Origin: an uncultured Alphaproteobacteria bacterium
GTDB taxonomy: Bacteria > Pseudomonadota > Alphaproteobacteria > JAPOUT01 > G958296285
Reading direction: 5' to 3'
DNA length: 64,000 bases
Assembly (NCBI GenBank): GCA_958296285.1
Contig: OY282459.1
Coordinates: 258,367 to 322,366 of the forward strand
Shown here: piece by piece, positions 30,725 to 41,340 of the stretch
Position numbering within the stretch: the first letter of the stretch is position 1
Layout of the letters: each line of letters starts with the position of its first letter
Position numbers and translations under genes: made by a program
Notes under the pieces: generated by a model
Told to the model about the DNA's origin: nothing
What the model saw: only the letters and a program-made list of their open reading frames with translations
The model's database searches: none

Positions 30725-31582
30725 ATGACAAACAAACCCCTCCCCAAAGACGCCCGCCTCTGCGCAGCAAAACTCCGCCAAATCTTCCAAAACGCCAACA
30801 TCAAAACACCCGCCCTAGACGCACAAATCCTCACAGCCCACGCCGCCAAACAAACCCCCGAAACTATCCTCTCACAAAAAATAACCCTCCCCCAAAAAAC
30901 ACGCCAATGGCTCCAAAAAGCCGCGCAAAAACGAATCCAAGGCGAACCAATCTCACGAATCATAAAACGCCGAAATTTCTGGAAAACCTCCTTCGCCATC
31001 AACCCCCACGTCCTAGACCCACGACCCGAAAGCGAAACCATCATAGAAGCCGCCCTCGCCAAAATATCCAAAAATCAACCCGCCACAATCCTAGACCTCG
31101 GCATAGGAAGCGGATGCCTCCTCCTCTCCCTATTGCGCGAAATGCCCAAAGCCAAGGGCATCGGCATAGACCTCTCGCATCAAGCCCTGCGAACAGCCCA
31201 AAAAAACGCCGCCGCGCAAAATCTCGCGCCCCGCGCCCGCTTCATCAACGGCAATTGGGGCGAAGCCCTCGCCCCCGCCTCCTTCCATATCATCCTCGCC
31301 AACCCCCCCTACATCCCAACAGACCATCTGCCGCATCTGCCAGCCGAAGCAAAGCGCGATCCGCCCCTCGCCCTGGACGGCGGCAAAGACGGGATCCGCG
31401 CCTTCGCCCAAATCCTTCCGCAAATCGCGCCCCTCCTAACCCCAAACGGCTTCGCCGTATTAGAAATCGGCGCCGGACAACTCAACCCCCTGCGCCGCCT
31501 CGCCGCCAAAGCCTCGCTCCGTCTGGATAAAATCACGCCAGACCTCTCCCATATCCCGCGCGCCCTCACCCTGACCCGATGA
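30725..31582 (+). CDS. prmC: release factor glutamine methyltransferase
   Basis: GEPISRI, DPRPESE, LDLGIGSGC, NPPYI, ALDGGKDG; ATG 30725. Confidence 0.93.
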   Translation: MTNKPLPKDARLCAAKLRQIFQNANIKTPALDAQILTAHAAKQTPETILSQKITLPQKTRQWLQKAAQKRIQGEPISRIIKRRNFWKTSFAINPHVLDPRPESETIIEAALAKISKNQPATILDLGIGSGCLLLSLLREMPKAKGIGIDLSHQALRTAQKNAAAQNLAPRARFINGNWGEALAPASFHIILANPPYIPTDHLPHLPAEAKRDPPLALDGGKDGIRAFAQILPQIAPLLTPNGFAVLEIGAGQLNPLRRLAAKASLRLDKITPDLSHIPRALTLTR

Positions 31583-31824
31583 CGCGATGACGCGATAAAG
31601 CTTGATTATTCCACGCGCCATGCTAACATTTCGGACAGAAGACGAGGACATCGCCGAGGAGATCGCAAGAACACGATCCCGCATAACGTTTCTGAAGCGC
31701 GAAAAAGATTCATCACCCGCGCCGCCGCGCCCCGCGCGCTTGGCGCTCTGTTTCCGTTCCTCATCCCCGAGCCTCCGCGCCCCAAGCCACCACCACATAT
31801 CACCCCATAGGAGAGTCAAGAATC

Positions 31825-32247
31825 ATGCGACAAGGACAAAATCCGAAATGGATGCGCGGGCGAAAACCGCGACCACAAAATATGGCGTCCCGTATGTTTG
31901 AAAGCAACGGGCCAGACGTCAAATTGCGCGGCACAACCTCCCATATCTGCAAGCGCTACCAAATGCTCGCCCGCGACGCCCAAAGCCAAGGGGATCGCGT
32001 GAGGGCGGAGAATTATCTGCAGCATGCCGAGCATTATTATCGGATGGCGCTGAGTTTCCAAAGACAGGGCGCGAGCGCGGGGGGCGCGGGCGCGCCGCCG
32101 CCGCGCGCCGCCGAGCCGCCGCAGCACGAGATGGAGCAGCCGGAAGCCCATGCGGCGAACGGCAATTTCGCGCCAGAAGGTTTTAAAGAGAGAGAGCAGC
32201 CTCCCCTCGCCAAAGAGGAAGCCTCGCAAGAGAACTCCGAAAACTGA
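31825..32247 (+). CDS. DUF4167 family protein
   Basis: FESNGPDVKLRG, YQMLARDA, GDRVRAENYLQHAEHYYR; usual prmC-clpB position. Confidence 0.85.
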   Translation: MRQGQNPKWMRGRKPRPQNMASRMFESNGPDVKLRGTTSHICKRYQMLARDAQSQGDRVRAENYLQHAEHYYRMALSFQRQGASAGGAGAPPPRAAEPPQHEMEQPEAHAANGNFAPEGFKEREQPPLAKEEASQENSEN

Positions 32248-32300
32248 TCCGCCTGTCGCCGGCTCTTGCGCCATAGGGCAAGAATCCCCATCTCTTCCCT

Positions 32301-34907
32301 ATGATGAGGCAGGACAATTACACCGAAAAAACGCTGGACGCGCTCCGCGCCGCCGAAACGCTGGCGCAAGAGAGAGGCCATGCCGAAATCGCCCCTCTTC
32401 ATCTCGCCGCCGCTCTCCTCTCGGAAAAGAGCGGCTTGGCGGCGAGGCTTCTCTCCGCCGCCGGCGCGTCTCCCGCCGCGCTGAAAGAAGCCATAGAGAC
32501 GGCGCTGGCGAATCTGCCGCGCCAAAAAGGCTCCGCCGCCCAAAGCCATGCCACCCCGGCGCTCTCGGCGCTTCTCAAGGAGGCGCGCGCCATCGCCGAA
32601 GCGCAAGGCGATTCGCATCTGGCGCTGGACACGCTCCTCGTTGCGCTCGCGCGCCACGCGCCGCCGCCGCTTTCAGAGATTTTCCGCGAAGCGGGGCTGA
32701 GCGATCGCGAGATCCAAGAGGCTTGCCAAAATCTTCGCATGGGGCGCGCCAGTCAAAGCGCCTCGGCGGAGGAAACTTATGAGGCGCTCCAAAAATACGC
32801 CCGCGATCTGACCGAAGAGGCGAGGAAAGGAAAACTAGACCCCGTCATCGGGCGCGATGAGGAAATCCGCCGCGCCATGCAGGTCTTGTCGCGCCGAACG
32901 AAAAACAATCCCGTCCTGATCGGCGCGCCCGGAGTCGGCAAGACCGCCATCGCCGAAGGCTTGGCGCTCCGCATCGTCCGACAGGATGTGCCGCGAAGTC
33001 TGGCGCGGAAGCGAATCTTGGCGCTGGATATGGGCGCGCTTGTGGCAGGCGCGAAATATCACGGCGAGTTTGAGGAGCGTCTGAAGGCGGTCTTGGGCGA
33101 GATTGTCGCGGCGGGGGATGTCGTGCTTTTTATAGACGAGATGCATATGCTGATCGGCGCCGGGCGCGCCGGCGGCGCGATGGACGCCTCCAACCTTCTC
33201 AAGCCGGAACTGGCGCGCGGCGCGCTCCGCTGCATCGGCGCCACCACGCTGGACGAATATCGCGAGCATGTGGAGAAGGATGCTGCGCTCGCCAGACGCT
33301 TCCAGCCCGTCTATGTCCAAGAGCCGAGCCGCGAGGACGCCGTCTCCATTCTCCGCGGCTTGAAGGAGAAATATGAGACTCATCATGGCGTCCGCATCGC
33401 CGATGGCGCGCTCATCGCCGCGGCGGAACTGTCCGAGCGCTATATTCACGATCGCTTCCTTCCTGACAAGGCGATTGATCTGATGGACGAGGCGGCGAGC
33501 CGCGTTCGGATGCAGATGGATTCGCGCCCCGAAGCGCTGGACGAGATGGAGCGCCGTCTGGTTCAGCTGAAGATAGAGCGCGAAGCGCTCGCCCGCGAGA
33601 AGGACGCCGCATCCCAATCGCGTCTTCGGGCGCTTGAGAAAGAGATCGCCGCGCTGGAAGACGCCGCCGCAAAGCGCCGCGCTTTATGGGACGCCAGCCA
33701 AGAGAGAAGCCAAAAAGCGCGAGAAACCCGCGCCCGTTTGGAAGAGGCGCAGACGGCGTTGGAGCGCGCCACGAGGGACGGCGATTTTGAGCGCGCCGGA
33801 GAAATCGCCCATAAGATCATTCCTGATTTGGAGAGAAGGCTCTCCGCGCCGCCGGCGGCGGATGCGGCTGATGCGGCGGATGCGGCTGATGACAGAGAGT
33901 TGGAGATTGTCCGCGCCGAGGATATTGCCTCTGTCCTTGCCCGATGGACGGGAATCCCGGTGGAGACGATGCTGGAGGGCGAGCGCGAGAAACTTTTGCG
34001 CTTGGAGGAGACTCTCGCCCAATGGGTTGTCGGGCAGAAGGAGGCGATTGGCGCGATTGCGCGCGCCGTTCGCCGACAGAGGGGCGGGCTTCAGGATCCG
34101 GATCGTCCGATTGGCGCGTTTCTTTTGATGGGGCCGACTGGCGTTGGCAAGACGGAACTTGCCAAATCTTTGGCGCGCGCGCTTTTTCAAGATTCTCGCG
34201 CCCTGTTGCGGATGGACATGTCGGAATATATGGAAAAGCATGCGGTCGCGCGGTTGATTGGCGCGCCGCCGGGCTATGTGGGTTATGAGGAGGGGGGCGC
34301 TTTGACGGAATCTGTTCGCCGCAGACCTTATCAGGTCATTCTTTTGGATGAGATTGAGAAGGCGCATCCTGATCTTTTCAACCTTCTTTTGCAGCTTTTG
34401 GATGAGGGGCGCTTGACGGATGGTCATGGGCGTTTGGTGGATTTCAAGAATTGTTTGATTTTGATGACGTCCAATTTGGGGGCGGATCATTTGGCGCGGG
34501 CGGAGGCGCCTGACAGGGAGCGTTTGATGGGGGAGTTGCGCGGATTTTTTCGCCCTGAATTTTTGAATCGCTTGGATGAGGTTCTGATGTTTGACAGGCT
34601 TTCGCGCGAGGAGGTGGATGCGATTGTTGGGCTTCAGATTGGGCGGTTGAATGAGAGGCTTGCGGCGCGGGGTCTTCGTTTGCGGTTGGAGGATGGGGCT
34701 CGCCGTTGGATTGGGGATAGGGGTTATGATCCTGTTTATGGGGCGAGGCCTTTGAAGCGGGTGATTCGCGGTGAGATTGAGGATGGTCTTTCGGAGGAGA
34801 TTTTGAGGGGGTTGTTGGTTTCGGGGGATGAGGTTGTGGTTTCTGTGAAGGGGGATGGTCTTGTTTTGAGGAGGGAGGCGGGGGGTCGCGGCGAGGAGGC
34901 GGCTTGA
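32301..34907 (+). CDS. clpB: chaperone ClpB
   Basis: [13 protein letters not shown], two Walker A motifs, middle coiled coil, [19 protein letters not shown]. Confidence 0.96.
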   Translation: MMRQDNYTEKTLDALRAAETLAQERGHAEIAPLHLAAALLSEKSGLAARLLSAAGASPAALKEAIETALANLPRQKGSAAQSHATPALSALLKEARAIAEAQGDSHLALDTLLVALARHAPPPLSEIFREAGLSDREIQEACQNLRMGRASQSASAEETYEALQKYARDLTEEARKGKLDPVIGRDEEIRRAMQVLSRRTKNNPVLIGAPGVGKTAIAEGLALRIVRQDVPRSLARKRILALDMGALVAGAKYHGEFEERLKAVLGEIVAAGDVVLFIDEMHMLIGAGRAGGAMDASNLLKPELARGALRCIGATTLDEYREHVEKDAALARRFQPVYVQEPSREDAVSILRGLKEKYETHHGVRIADGALIAAAELSERYIHDRFLPDKAIDLMDEAASRVRMQMDSRPEALDEMERRLVQLKIEREALAREKDAASQSRLRALEKEIAALEDAAAKRRALWDASQERSQKARETRARLEEAQTALERATRDGDFERAGEIAHKIIPDLERRLSAPPAADAADAADAADDRELEIVRAEDIASVLARWTGIPVETMLEGEREKLLRLEETLAQWVVGQKEAIGAIARAVRRQRGGLQDPDRPIGAFLLMGPTGVGKTELAKSLARALFQDSRALLRMDMSEYMEKHAVARLIGAPPGYVGYEEGGALTESVRRRPYQVILLDEIEKAHPDLFNLLLQLLDEGRLTDGHGRLVDFKNCLILMTSNLGADHLARAEAPDRERLMGELRGFFRPEFLNRLDEVLMFDRLSREEVDAIVGLQIGRLNERLAARGLRLRLEDGARRWIGDRGYDPVYGARPLKRVIRGEIEDGLSEEILRGLLVSGDEVVVSVKGDGLVLRREAGGRGEEAA

Positions 34908-35217
34908 AAAAAGGGGGGTGTGGGGGGCGAAGCCCCCCACGAAGAAGGGGGGGATCGGGGGGGAATCCCCCCCGAAAACGCGTGGGTGGGTGGGAAAAGA
35001 GCTTTTCCGAGCAAGCGCAGCGCAGCGAGGAAAAGCGACCCACCCACGCGCCCCCTGAACGCCAAGAGCTCTCGTAGCAGGGGGGTCGGCGGGCTTTCTC
35101 GCAGGCTCGCGCTACGCGCTTCGCCTGCTTCGTTTCGCCACGCCCGCCGACTTTTCGGGGGTTTCCCCCGAACCCCCTTTTCTTGGGGGAACTTCGTTCC
35201 CCCAAACCCCCTTTTTT
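34908..35217 (-). repeat. nested-hairpin dispersed element, copy 6 (reverse)
   Basis: same core reversed; fills the whole gap between the convergent clpB and M23 stops. Confidence 0.95.
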
Positions 35218-36622
35218 AACGCAGCCGCGCCGCAACCGCCCCCCGAGACAAAGGCAATCCCTCAAACCGAGCCGTAATCTCACGCCGAGACGCCCGAAAC
35301 AACGCCATCTCATCATCAGACAAAACCTCACGCGGCAATGCCACCCGAAGCGGATCCCGACGCCGACTATATTTCAAAATCTCATAATGCAAATGCGCCC
35401 CCGTAGAACGCCCCGTAGAACCCACAAACCCAATCGTCTCGCCCTGACGAACAAACCGCCCCTTCCCTATGCCCGCGCGAAACTTCCACAAATGCGCGTA
35501 AGCCGTCTGATATCCCCCCCTATGCCGAATGCGAATGTAATTGCCATAAGCGCCCAAACGACCCGCATCCTCCACAACCCCATCGCCCGCCGCATAAACA
35601 GGCGTCCCGCGAGGCGCGGCGAAATCTATGCCGCGATGCATCCGCGAATAACCCAAAATCGGATGCCGCCGCATCCCAAAATGCGAGGAAATCCGCGCCC
35701 CATCCAAAGGCGTCTTCATCAAAAGACCAATCACAGGACGACCATCGCGATCATAAAACGCGCCCCTCTCGCCGTCAGACGGATAACGCCAAATCTCATG
35801 CGCCTTCGCGCCGCGCCGCAGCCTCAGCCGCGCGTAAAGAAGACGACCCCCCGCGCCATAAGCAATCAAATCGCCCTCCTTGTCATAATGAAGCGCGTAA
35901 AGAGCGTCAAAAGAATCGCCGCGCCGCAACTCATGCTGAAACGCCACAATATGACTGAACACGCGAACAATCTTCTGAATCATCCCCGCCGGCACGCCCG
36001 CCCGCTTCGCGGATGTGAAAAAATCCGACTCTATCAAAACGCGAACCCGAAACAATCGCGTCTGAAGAGGCAGATTCTCCTTCTCCGAAATGTAAAAACG
36101 ATCGCTGGCGCGCTTCAGCGCGATCGCCGTGTCCGGACTCGGACGCAGCCGCATCGCCAAAAGAGTCCGCTTCGGAACGCCGCCCTCGGCGGCAGGCGCG
36201 AAGGCGAAATCCATAAACAATTTCTGCCCGGCGCGCACAAGATTCGGATCCAAATGTTTTCCCAAAGCCCGAAGAGCGCTCTCTATCTGCCTCGGGCGAA
36301 CATGGTTGCGCGCCAAAAGAGTCCAAAGAGTCTCCCCTTCCCGAAGCGCCAGCGCGCGCCTCTGCACAGTGCCGGGCGCGCGCAAGAAAGGCGCGCGCGG
36401 CGCGCGCACCAATTTTTTTCTCAGAACCTCTTTCAAATCGGCGCGGCGAGAAAAAGCGTCCGCCCGCGCCGCTTTCATCCTAACCCCAATGTCTCGCGCC
36501 TGAGCCTGCGCCCTCTCCTCAAGAATGCGCTCATCGGCGCGGCGCGGCGCGTCTCGCGCCGAGAGAATGAGCGGCGCGAAAAGCGCGGCAAAGGCAAGAT
36601 AGGCGAATCGCGCCCAAAACAT
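35216..36622 (-). CDS. M23 family metallopeptidase (MepM-like); start uncertain, up to 36730
   Basis: RISSHFGMRRHPILG, HRGIDF, YAHL, GSTGRSTGAHLHYE. Confidence 0.9.
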   Translation of the reverse strand: MFWARFAYLAFAALFAPLILSARDAPRRADERILEERAQAQARDIGVRMKAARADAFSRRADLKEVLRKKLVRAPRAPFLRAPGTVQRRALALREGETLWTLLARNHVRPRQIESALRALGKHLDPNLVRAGQKLFMDFAFAPAAEGGVPKRTLLAMRLRPSPDTAIALKRASDRFYISEKENLPLQTRLFRVRVLIESDFFTSAKRAGVPAGMIQKIVRVFSHIVAFQHELRRGDSFDALYALHYDKEGDLIAYGAGGRLLYARLRLRRGAKAHEIWRYPSDGERGAFYDRDGRPVIGLLMKTPLDGARISSHFGMRRHPILGYSRMHRGIDFAAPRGTPVYAAGDGVVEDAGRLGAYGNYIRIRHRGGYQTAYAHLWKFRAGIGKGRFVRQGETIGFVGSTGRSTGAHLHYEILKYSRRRDPLRVALPREVLSDDEMALFRASRREITARFEGLPLSRGAVAARLR

Positions 36623-36755
36623 CTCTCGCCAAAGATGACGCGCTTTTTCAAGCTTTATGCCCACCTTTTTCCTCCAAAGCGGAAGCGGAATTTGTCGCGG
36701 CGACAACGCCGGAAAGAGAAATTTTAGCAAAATCTGTGGAAAAGTCCAAATGCCT

Positions 36756-37718
36756 CTAAAAGAAGAACGGCGTCAGAAAAGCCCGCGACACGGCTTCCGC
36801 CATCAAAGCGAGCGCGATGAGCGCCCCGCAAAGGCGGTTGGAGCGAAAAAGAGAGAGCGCCGAAGAAACGCCCTCCCTCTCCAAACGCCGCAGCTGAAAG
36901 ACGAAATGCCCCGCCGCCGGCGCCAGGCAGAGATAATAAACCGCGCCAGCCTCCAAAAAAATCCCCGCCGCCAAAAGACAAAGACAAGACGCGCCATAAA
37001 AACAGGCAACCCCATGCCAAAACCGATCGCCAAGAATAAGCGCCGAAGATTTGACGCCAATAAGAGCGTCCGTGTCTCTGTCTTGGAGCGCGTAGATCGT
37101 GTCATAGCCGAGCGTCCAAAAAATCCCCGCCGCGTAAAGACTCCATGCCGAAAAAGCGAGCGTCTCCGCTTCCGCCGCGAAGCCCATCAGCGCGCCCCAG
37201 TTAAAGACAAAGCCCAAAAAAATCTGAGGCCAATAGGTGATCCGCTTCATAAAAGGATAGAGCGCCACCAGACCCAAAGAGGCGATCCCTAGAGAAATGG
37301 CGAGCGCGTTCATCTGAAAAAGAACGACCGCGCCCAAGCCGCAGAGAATCACCAAGAAGAGGGCGGCGCGCATTAATGAGATTTCGCCTGTCGCCAAAGG
37401 GCGCTTCGCCGTCCGAGGCGTCCGCTTGTCAAAATCGCGATCCGCCATGTCGTTAAAGACGCAGCCGGCGCTCCGCATCAGAATCGCCCCCAGCGCGAAA
37501 AGCATGATCAGAAAAAAAGACGGCGCGCTCCGACCCGTCTCCAGCGCCGCCGCCGTCAAGCCCCAGAGACACGGCCAAAAAAGAAGCCAAATTCCAATCG
37601 GTCTGTCCAGCCGCGCCAAACGCAAATAAGGCTTCCAGACGGCAGGCGCGAAGCGATCCACAAGGTTGCGGCGAGGGGCGTCAGCGAGCCTATGGTCAGT
37701 GTCTTGCCTATCGGGCAT
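36756..37718 (-). CDS. ubiA: 4-hydroxybenzoate polyprenyltransferase
   Basis: RLDRPIG, NDMADRDFD, RPLATG, YPFMKR, YDTIYALQD. Confidence 0.94.
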   Translation of the reverse strand: MPDRQDTDHRLADAPRRNLVDRFAPAVWKPYLRLARLDRPIGIWLLFWPCLWGLTAAALETGRSAPSFFLIMLFALGAILMRSAGCVFNDMADRDFDKRTPRTAKRPLATGEISLMRAALFLVILCGLGAVVLFQMNALAISLGIASLGLVALYPFMKRITYWPQIFLGFVFNWGALMGFAAEAETLAFSAWSLYAAGIFWTLGYDTIYALQDRDTDALIGVKSSALILGDRFWHGVACFYGASCLCLLAAGIFLEAGAVYYLCLAPAAGHFVFQLRRLEREGVSSALSLFRSNRLCGALIALALMAEAVSRAFLTPFFF

Positions 37719-37770
37719 AATGGCGCGGCGGGGAAGAGAGGAAGGCGCGCCATGATGACACAGAAGAAGC

Positions 37771-39162
37771 ATGAAGAAAACCATCGCCCCCTCCGCCGAT
37801 GAAGCGCCGATGCTGCGCAAGGGAGACCTCGCCGCCTATTTGGAAAAAGGCTGCCGCCCGAAAGAGCGGTTCCGAATCGGCACGGAGCATGAGAAATTCG
37901 GCTTCTCTCTGAAAAACCGCGCGCCCCTCGCCTATGGCGGCAAGACCGGAATGCGCGCGCTGCTCCAAAAATGGGCGCGGCGAGGCGAGGCGGAGCCTGT
38001 CATGGAAGACGGACATATTTTGGGCGTCCGCTTCTCCGAAAAAGAAGGCGGCGCCGTCTCGCTGGAGCCGGGGGGGCAGTTGGAACTGTCCGGCGCGCCG
38101 CGGGAGAATATCCATCAAACGAAAGACGAGCTGGACGACCATTTGGCGCAGCTCCGCGCTTTGTCCGATTCCTTCCAAATCGGCTTTCTCGCCCTCGCCT
38201 TCCCTCCCCATTGGAAAAGGACGGACATGTCGCCCGTTCCGAAAAAACGCTACGCGATCATGGCGGCGCATATGCTGAAGCGCGGGCGTTTGGGGCTGGA
38301 CATGATGTATAGAACGGCGACGACTCAGGTCAATTTGGATTTCAGTTCCGAAGAGGATATGCGGCGGAAAATGCGGGTCGCCGTGGCGCTGTCTCCGTTG
38401 GCGACGGCGCTTTTCGCGAACTCGCCCCTCTGCGATGGAAAAAATTCGGGCGTTCTCTCGCGCCGCGCCCTCTCTTGGCGCGACACCGATCCCGATCGCG
38501 CCGGCATGATTCCCTTCGTCTTTGACGAGGGGTTCGGCTTTGAGCGCTACGCCGATTACGCGCTGGACGTGCCGCTCTATTGCGTCCATCGCGGAGGCAG
38601 GACGATCTCGCTTGCCGGCGAATCTTTCAGACGCTTCATGGAGGGAAAGTTGGAGCCTCTGCCGCGCCAGCGCCCCACTTTGGCGGATTGGGAGGAGCAT
38701 CTGACGACTCTTTTTCCGGAGGCGCGTCTCAAGCGCTTCATGGAAATGCGGGGCGCGGATGTCGGGACGCCGGAAATGATCTGCGCGCTGGCCGCCTTCT
38801 GGACAGGACTTTTTTACGATTCCTCCGCGCTCCAAGAGGCCTCGGATCTGGTGGAAGATTGGACGGCGGAGGAGCGCGAGCGTCTCTATCAGGGCGTCTG
38901 CCGAGACGGGCTGGCGCTCCCCTTTCGCGGCGCGACTCTCAAAGAGATCGCCCTGCAGCTTTTAGAGATCGCCGAGAGAGGGCTGCGCCAGCGCCGCCGT
39001 CTCAATGAGAAAGGGCATGATGAGAGCGTCTATCTCAAACCCCTTCACGAGATCGCCCAAACCGGACAGGCCTCCGCCGCGCGTCTGTTGGAAAAATATC
39101 GGAATCTCTGGAAAGGGGACGCGATGCGCCTCTTTGACGATCCCGAGCATCGTTTTTTCTAG
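37771..39162 (+). CDS. gshA: glutamate-cysteine ligase (GCS2, plant-like type)
   Basis: IGTEHEKF, SLEPGGQLELSG, QVNLDF, FANSP, EMRGAD. Confidence 0.92.
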   Translation: MKKTIAPSADEAPMLRKGDLAAYLEKGCRPKERFRIGTEHEKFGFSLKNRAPLAYGGKTGMRALLQKWARRGEAEPVMEDGHILGVRFSEKEGGAVSLEPGGQLELSGAPRENIHQTKDELDDHLAQLRALSDSFQIGFLALAFPPHWKRTDMSPVPKKRYAIMAAHMLKRGRLGLDMMYRTATTQVNLDFSSEEDMRRKMRVAVALSPLATALFANSPLCDGKNSGVLSRRALSWRDTDPDRAGMIPFVFDEGFGFERYADYALDVPLYCVHRGGRTISLAGESFRRFMEGKLEPLPRQRPTLADWEEHLTTLFPEARLKRFMEMRGADVGTPEMICALAAFWTGLFYDSSALQEASDLVEDWTAEERERLYQGVCRDGLALPFRGATLKEIALQLLEIAERGLRQRRRLNEKGHDESVYLKPLHEIAQTGQASAARLLEKYRNLWKGDAMRLFDDPEHRFF

Positions 39163-39173
39163 CGCGTTTTCCG

Positions 39174-40109
39174 TCAGCCGGGCGGCGCTTTGAGAAAAGG
39201 GCGCGCCCGCGCTCTTTTAATGGCGGACTGCAATTTCTCAAAGCCGCGCACTTCAATCTGCCGCACGCGCTCGCGGGAGACGCCGAAGCGCTGCGCCAAT
39301 TCGTCCAAAGTCGCCGGCGTCTCCTGCAGACGCCGCGCCGTCAGAATCTGCTGCTCTCTCTCATTGAGCGATTTCATCGCTTCGGCGAGGATGCGCCGCC
39401 GCCTTATCCATTCCTGATCTTCCATCAGCGTTTCTTCTTGATCCGCCTCTTCGCTGGGGAGCCAATCCTGACGCTCGCCGCCATCCTCGTCTCTGCCATA
39501 GGGCGCGTTCAGAGACGAATCGCCGCGCGTGAGCCGTCTGTTCATCATCACGACATCTTGTTCGGAGACGTCCAGTCGGCGCGCGATCGCGCGCACCTGA
39601 TCGGGCTTCATATCGCCGTCTCCATAGGCGGCGATCTCCTGCTTCGCCTTGGCGAGATTGAAGAAGAGTTTTTTCTGCGCGCTCGTCGTGCCGATCTTGA
39701 CGAGGCTCCAAGAGCGCAGCACATATTCTTGAATAGCCGCTCTTATCCACCAGACCGCATAGGTTGTCAGGCGGAAGCCTTTTTCGGGATCAAAGCGCTT
39801 GACGGCTTGCATCAGACCGATATTTCCTTCCGAGATGACCTCCGAGATCGGGAGACCGTAGCCGCGATAGCCCATCGCGATTTTGGCGACAAGGCGCAGA
39901 TGGCTTGTGACCAGCTTATGGGCGGCGTCTCTGTCCTGCTCGTCTCGCCAGCGTCTGGCGAGGGTGAACTCCTCCTCCTTCTCCAGCATCGGGAAGGCGC
40001 GAATCTCGCGCAGATATTGCGTCAGCCCGCCGGAATGGGAGAGGGCGGGCAGCGCCGCCGCGCGCGGCTTGGCTTTGGCGGATGGGCTTTTGGATTCGGG
40101 CTTTGTCAT
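39174..40109 (-). CDS. rpoH: RNA polymerase sigma factor RpoH
   Basis: SHLRLVAKIA, YRGYGLP, RpoH box SWSLVKIGTTSAQKKLFFNL, SRERVRQIE. Confidence 0.95.
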   Translation of the reverse strand: MTKPESKSPSAKAKPRAAALPALSHSGGLTQYLREIRAFPMLEKEEEFTLARRWRDEQDRDAAHKLVTSHLRLVAKIAMGYRGYGLPISEVISEGNIGLMQAVKRFDPEKGFRLTTYAVWWIRAAIQEYVLRSWSLVKIGTTSAQKKLFFNLAKAKQEIAAYGDGDMKPDQVRAIARRLDVSEQDVVMMNRRLTRGDSSLNAPYGRDEDGGERQDWLPSEEADQEETLMEDQEWIRRRRILAEAMKSLNEREQQILTARRLQETPATLDELAQRFGVSRERVRQIEVRGFEKLQSAIKRARARPFLKAPPG

Positions 40110-40144
40110 CGGGAGAGTCTAGCGCGGATTGAGACGGTCGGGCA

Positions 40145-41194
40145 TTAGTCTTTTGTTCCCGCCATGGCGGCGAGATTCTCCCGCAGCGATTGGAGGGCGG
40201 GCGGGAGCGCGCTTTCAAAGGAGAGGCGCTGTTTGGTTTTGGGATGGGTGAAATTTAGGCTTTGGGCGTGGAGGGCGTGGCGTCCCAGCTTTCGCGCCAG
40301 AGAGCCGAGAGGCGGCGCGGCGTTTTTTGGGAGTCCTCCATAGAGCGGATCGCCGAAGACCGGGCAGCGCAGATGCGCCAAATGGACGCGAATCTGATGG
40401 GTGCGTCCTGTCTCCGGCTGGCAGAGAAGGAGGCTCGCCCCGTTAAGGCTCGCCTCGCTTTTGCCGTAGCGCTCCAAGAGGCGATAGCGCGTGATGGCGG
40501 GGCGCGCGCGGGGGTCGGTCTTTTTGAGAACTGCCATTTTATGACGCTGGGTTTTGTGTCTGCCGATCGCCTCTTTGATGATTCCCGTCTCGGGGCGGGG
40601 CGCGTTCCAGACGAAGGCGAGGTAGGTTTTTTGGACGCTTGGTTTCGCGCCGTGGTTGGCGAATTGGCGTATCAGCGAGAGATAGGCGGCTTGGCTTTTG
40701 GCGGCGACCATGACGCCGCTTGTGTCTTTATCCAGCCGATGGACGATGGCGGGGCGCGTGGGGTTTCCTGGCAGCGCGGCGTGGATGCCGCAATGGGCGA
40801 GGATCGCGTGGGCGAGCGTGTTTTCTTTATGGCTTGGCGCGGGGTGGGTGATCAGTCCGGCGGGTTTGTTGAGGATGAGGATGTCTTCGTCTTCAAAGAG
40901 GATTTTGAGGGGGATTTTTTTTGGCGTGAGGGTTGCGGGTTTTGGGGTTGGGAGGGTGAGGGTGAGGGCTTGGGGTTTGTCGCCGCGCGTGTTTGGGGCG
41001 AGGGGTTTTGCGTTGGGGTTTTTGGGGTTTTCGGGGTTTTTGAGGCGGCCTTCTTTGATCCATTGTTGGACGGTGTTTCGGGAGACGTTGATGCCTATGG
41101 CGAGGAGTTTTTGGGTAAGGATGGTGTCCAGCCTTGTATTTTTGGGGCTGTTTTGGGTTTTGATGGTGATTTTTTGTGGGGGTTGCGTGGTCAT
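40145..41194 (-). CDS. rluD: RluA/RluD family pseudouridine synthase
   Basis: S4 RLD, NKPAGL, HRLDKDTSG, GRTHQIRVH, GDPLYG, LHA. Confidence 0.92.
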   Translation of the reverse strand: MTTQPPQKITIKTQNSPKNTRLDTILTQKLLAIGINVSRNTVQQWIKEGRLKNPENPKNPNAKPLAPNTRGDKPQALTLTLPTPKPATLTPKKIPLKILFEDEDILILNKPAGLITHPAPSHKENTLAHAILAHCGIHAALPGNPTRPAIVHRLDKDTSGVMVAAKSQAAYLSLIRQFANHGAKPSVQKTYLAFVWNAPRPETGIIKEAIGRHKTQRHKMAVLKKTDPRARPAITRYRLLERYGKSEASLNGASLLLCQPETGRTHQIRVHLAHLRCPVFGDPLYGGLPKNAAPPLGSLARKLGRHALHAQSLNFTHPKTKQRLSFESALPPALQSLRENLAAMAGTKD

Positions 41195-41220
41195 GGTGTT
41201 TAGGATTTTATCATGGATTT

Positions 41221-41340
41221 ATGTTTAGGCGGGTTTGGGTTCTTTTGGTTTTGGTAGTCGTGATGGGGGTTATTCTTGTCGCGGGTTTTGTTGTTGTGGT
41301 TGTGGAGATTGTGTCGCGGGCTTGGGCGCTGTGGAGTTAA
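41221..41340 (+). CDS. 39-aa single-TM protein resembling the small membrane protein found opposite rluD in alphaproteobacteria; possibly truncated
   Basis: manual translation MFRRVWVLLVLVVVMGVILVAGFVVVVVEIVSRAWALWS*; below the ORF-track cutoff. Confidence 0.55.
   Translation: MFRRVWVLLVLVVVMGVILVAGFVVVVVEIVSRAWALWS

Noticed and set aside
31602..31901. 99-aa ORF between prmC and DUF4167
   Set aside because: It has no motif, overlaps the DUF4167 start and looks like a promoter or leader region.
40921..41045. Telomere-like TTTTGGGG and G-quadruplex-like runs
   Set aside because: They are the antisense of rluD codons (KNPENPKNPN, TLTLPTPKP) in the skewed zone, so a by-product of the bias and not an independent repeat.
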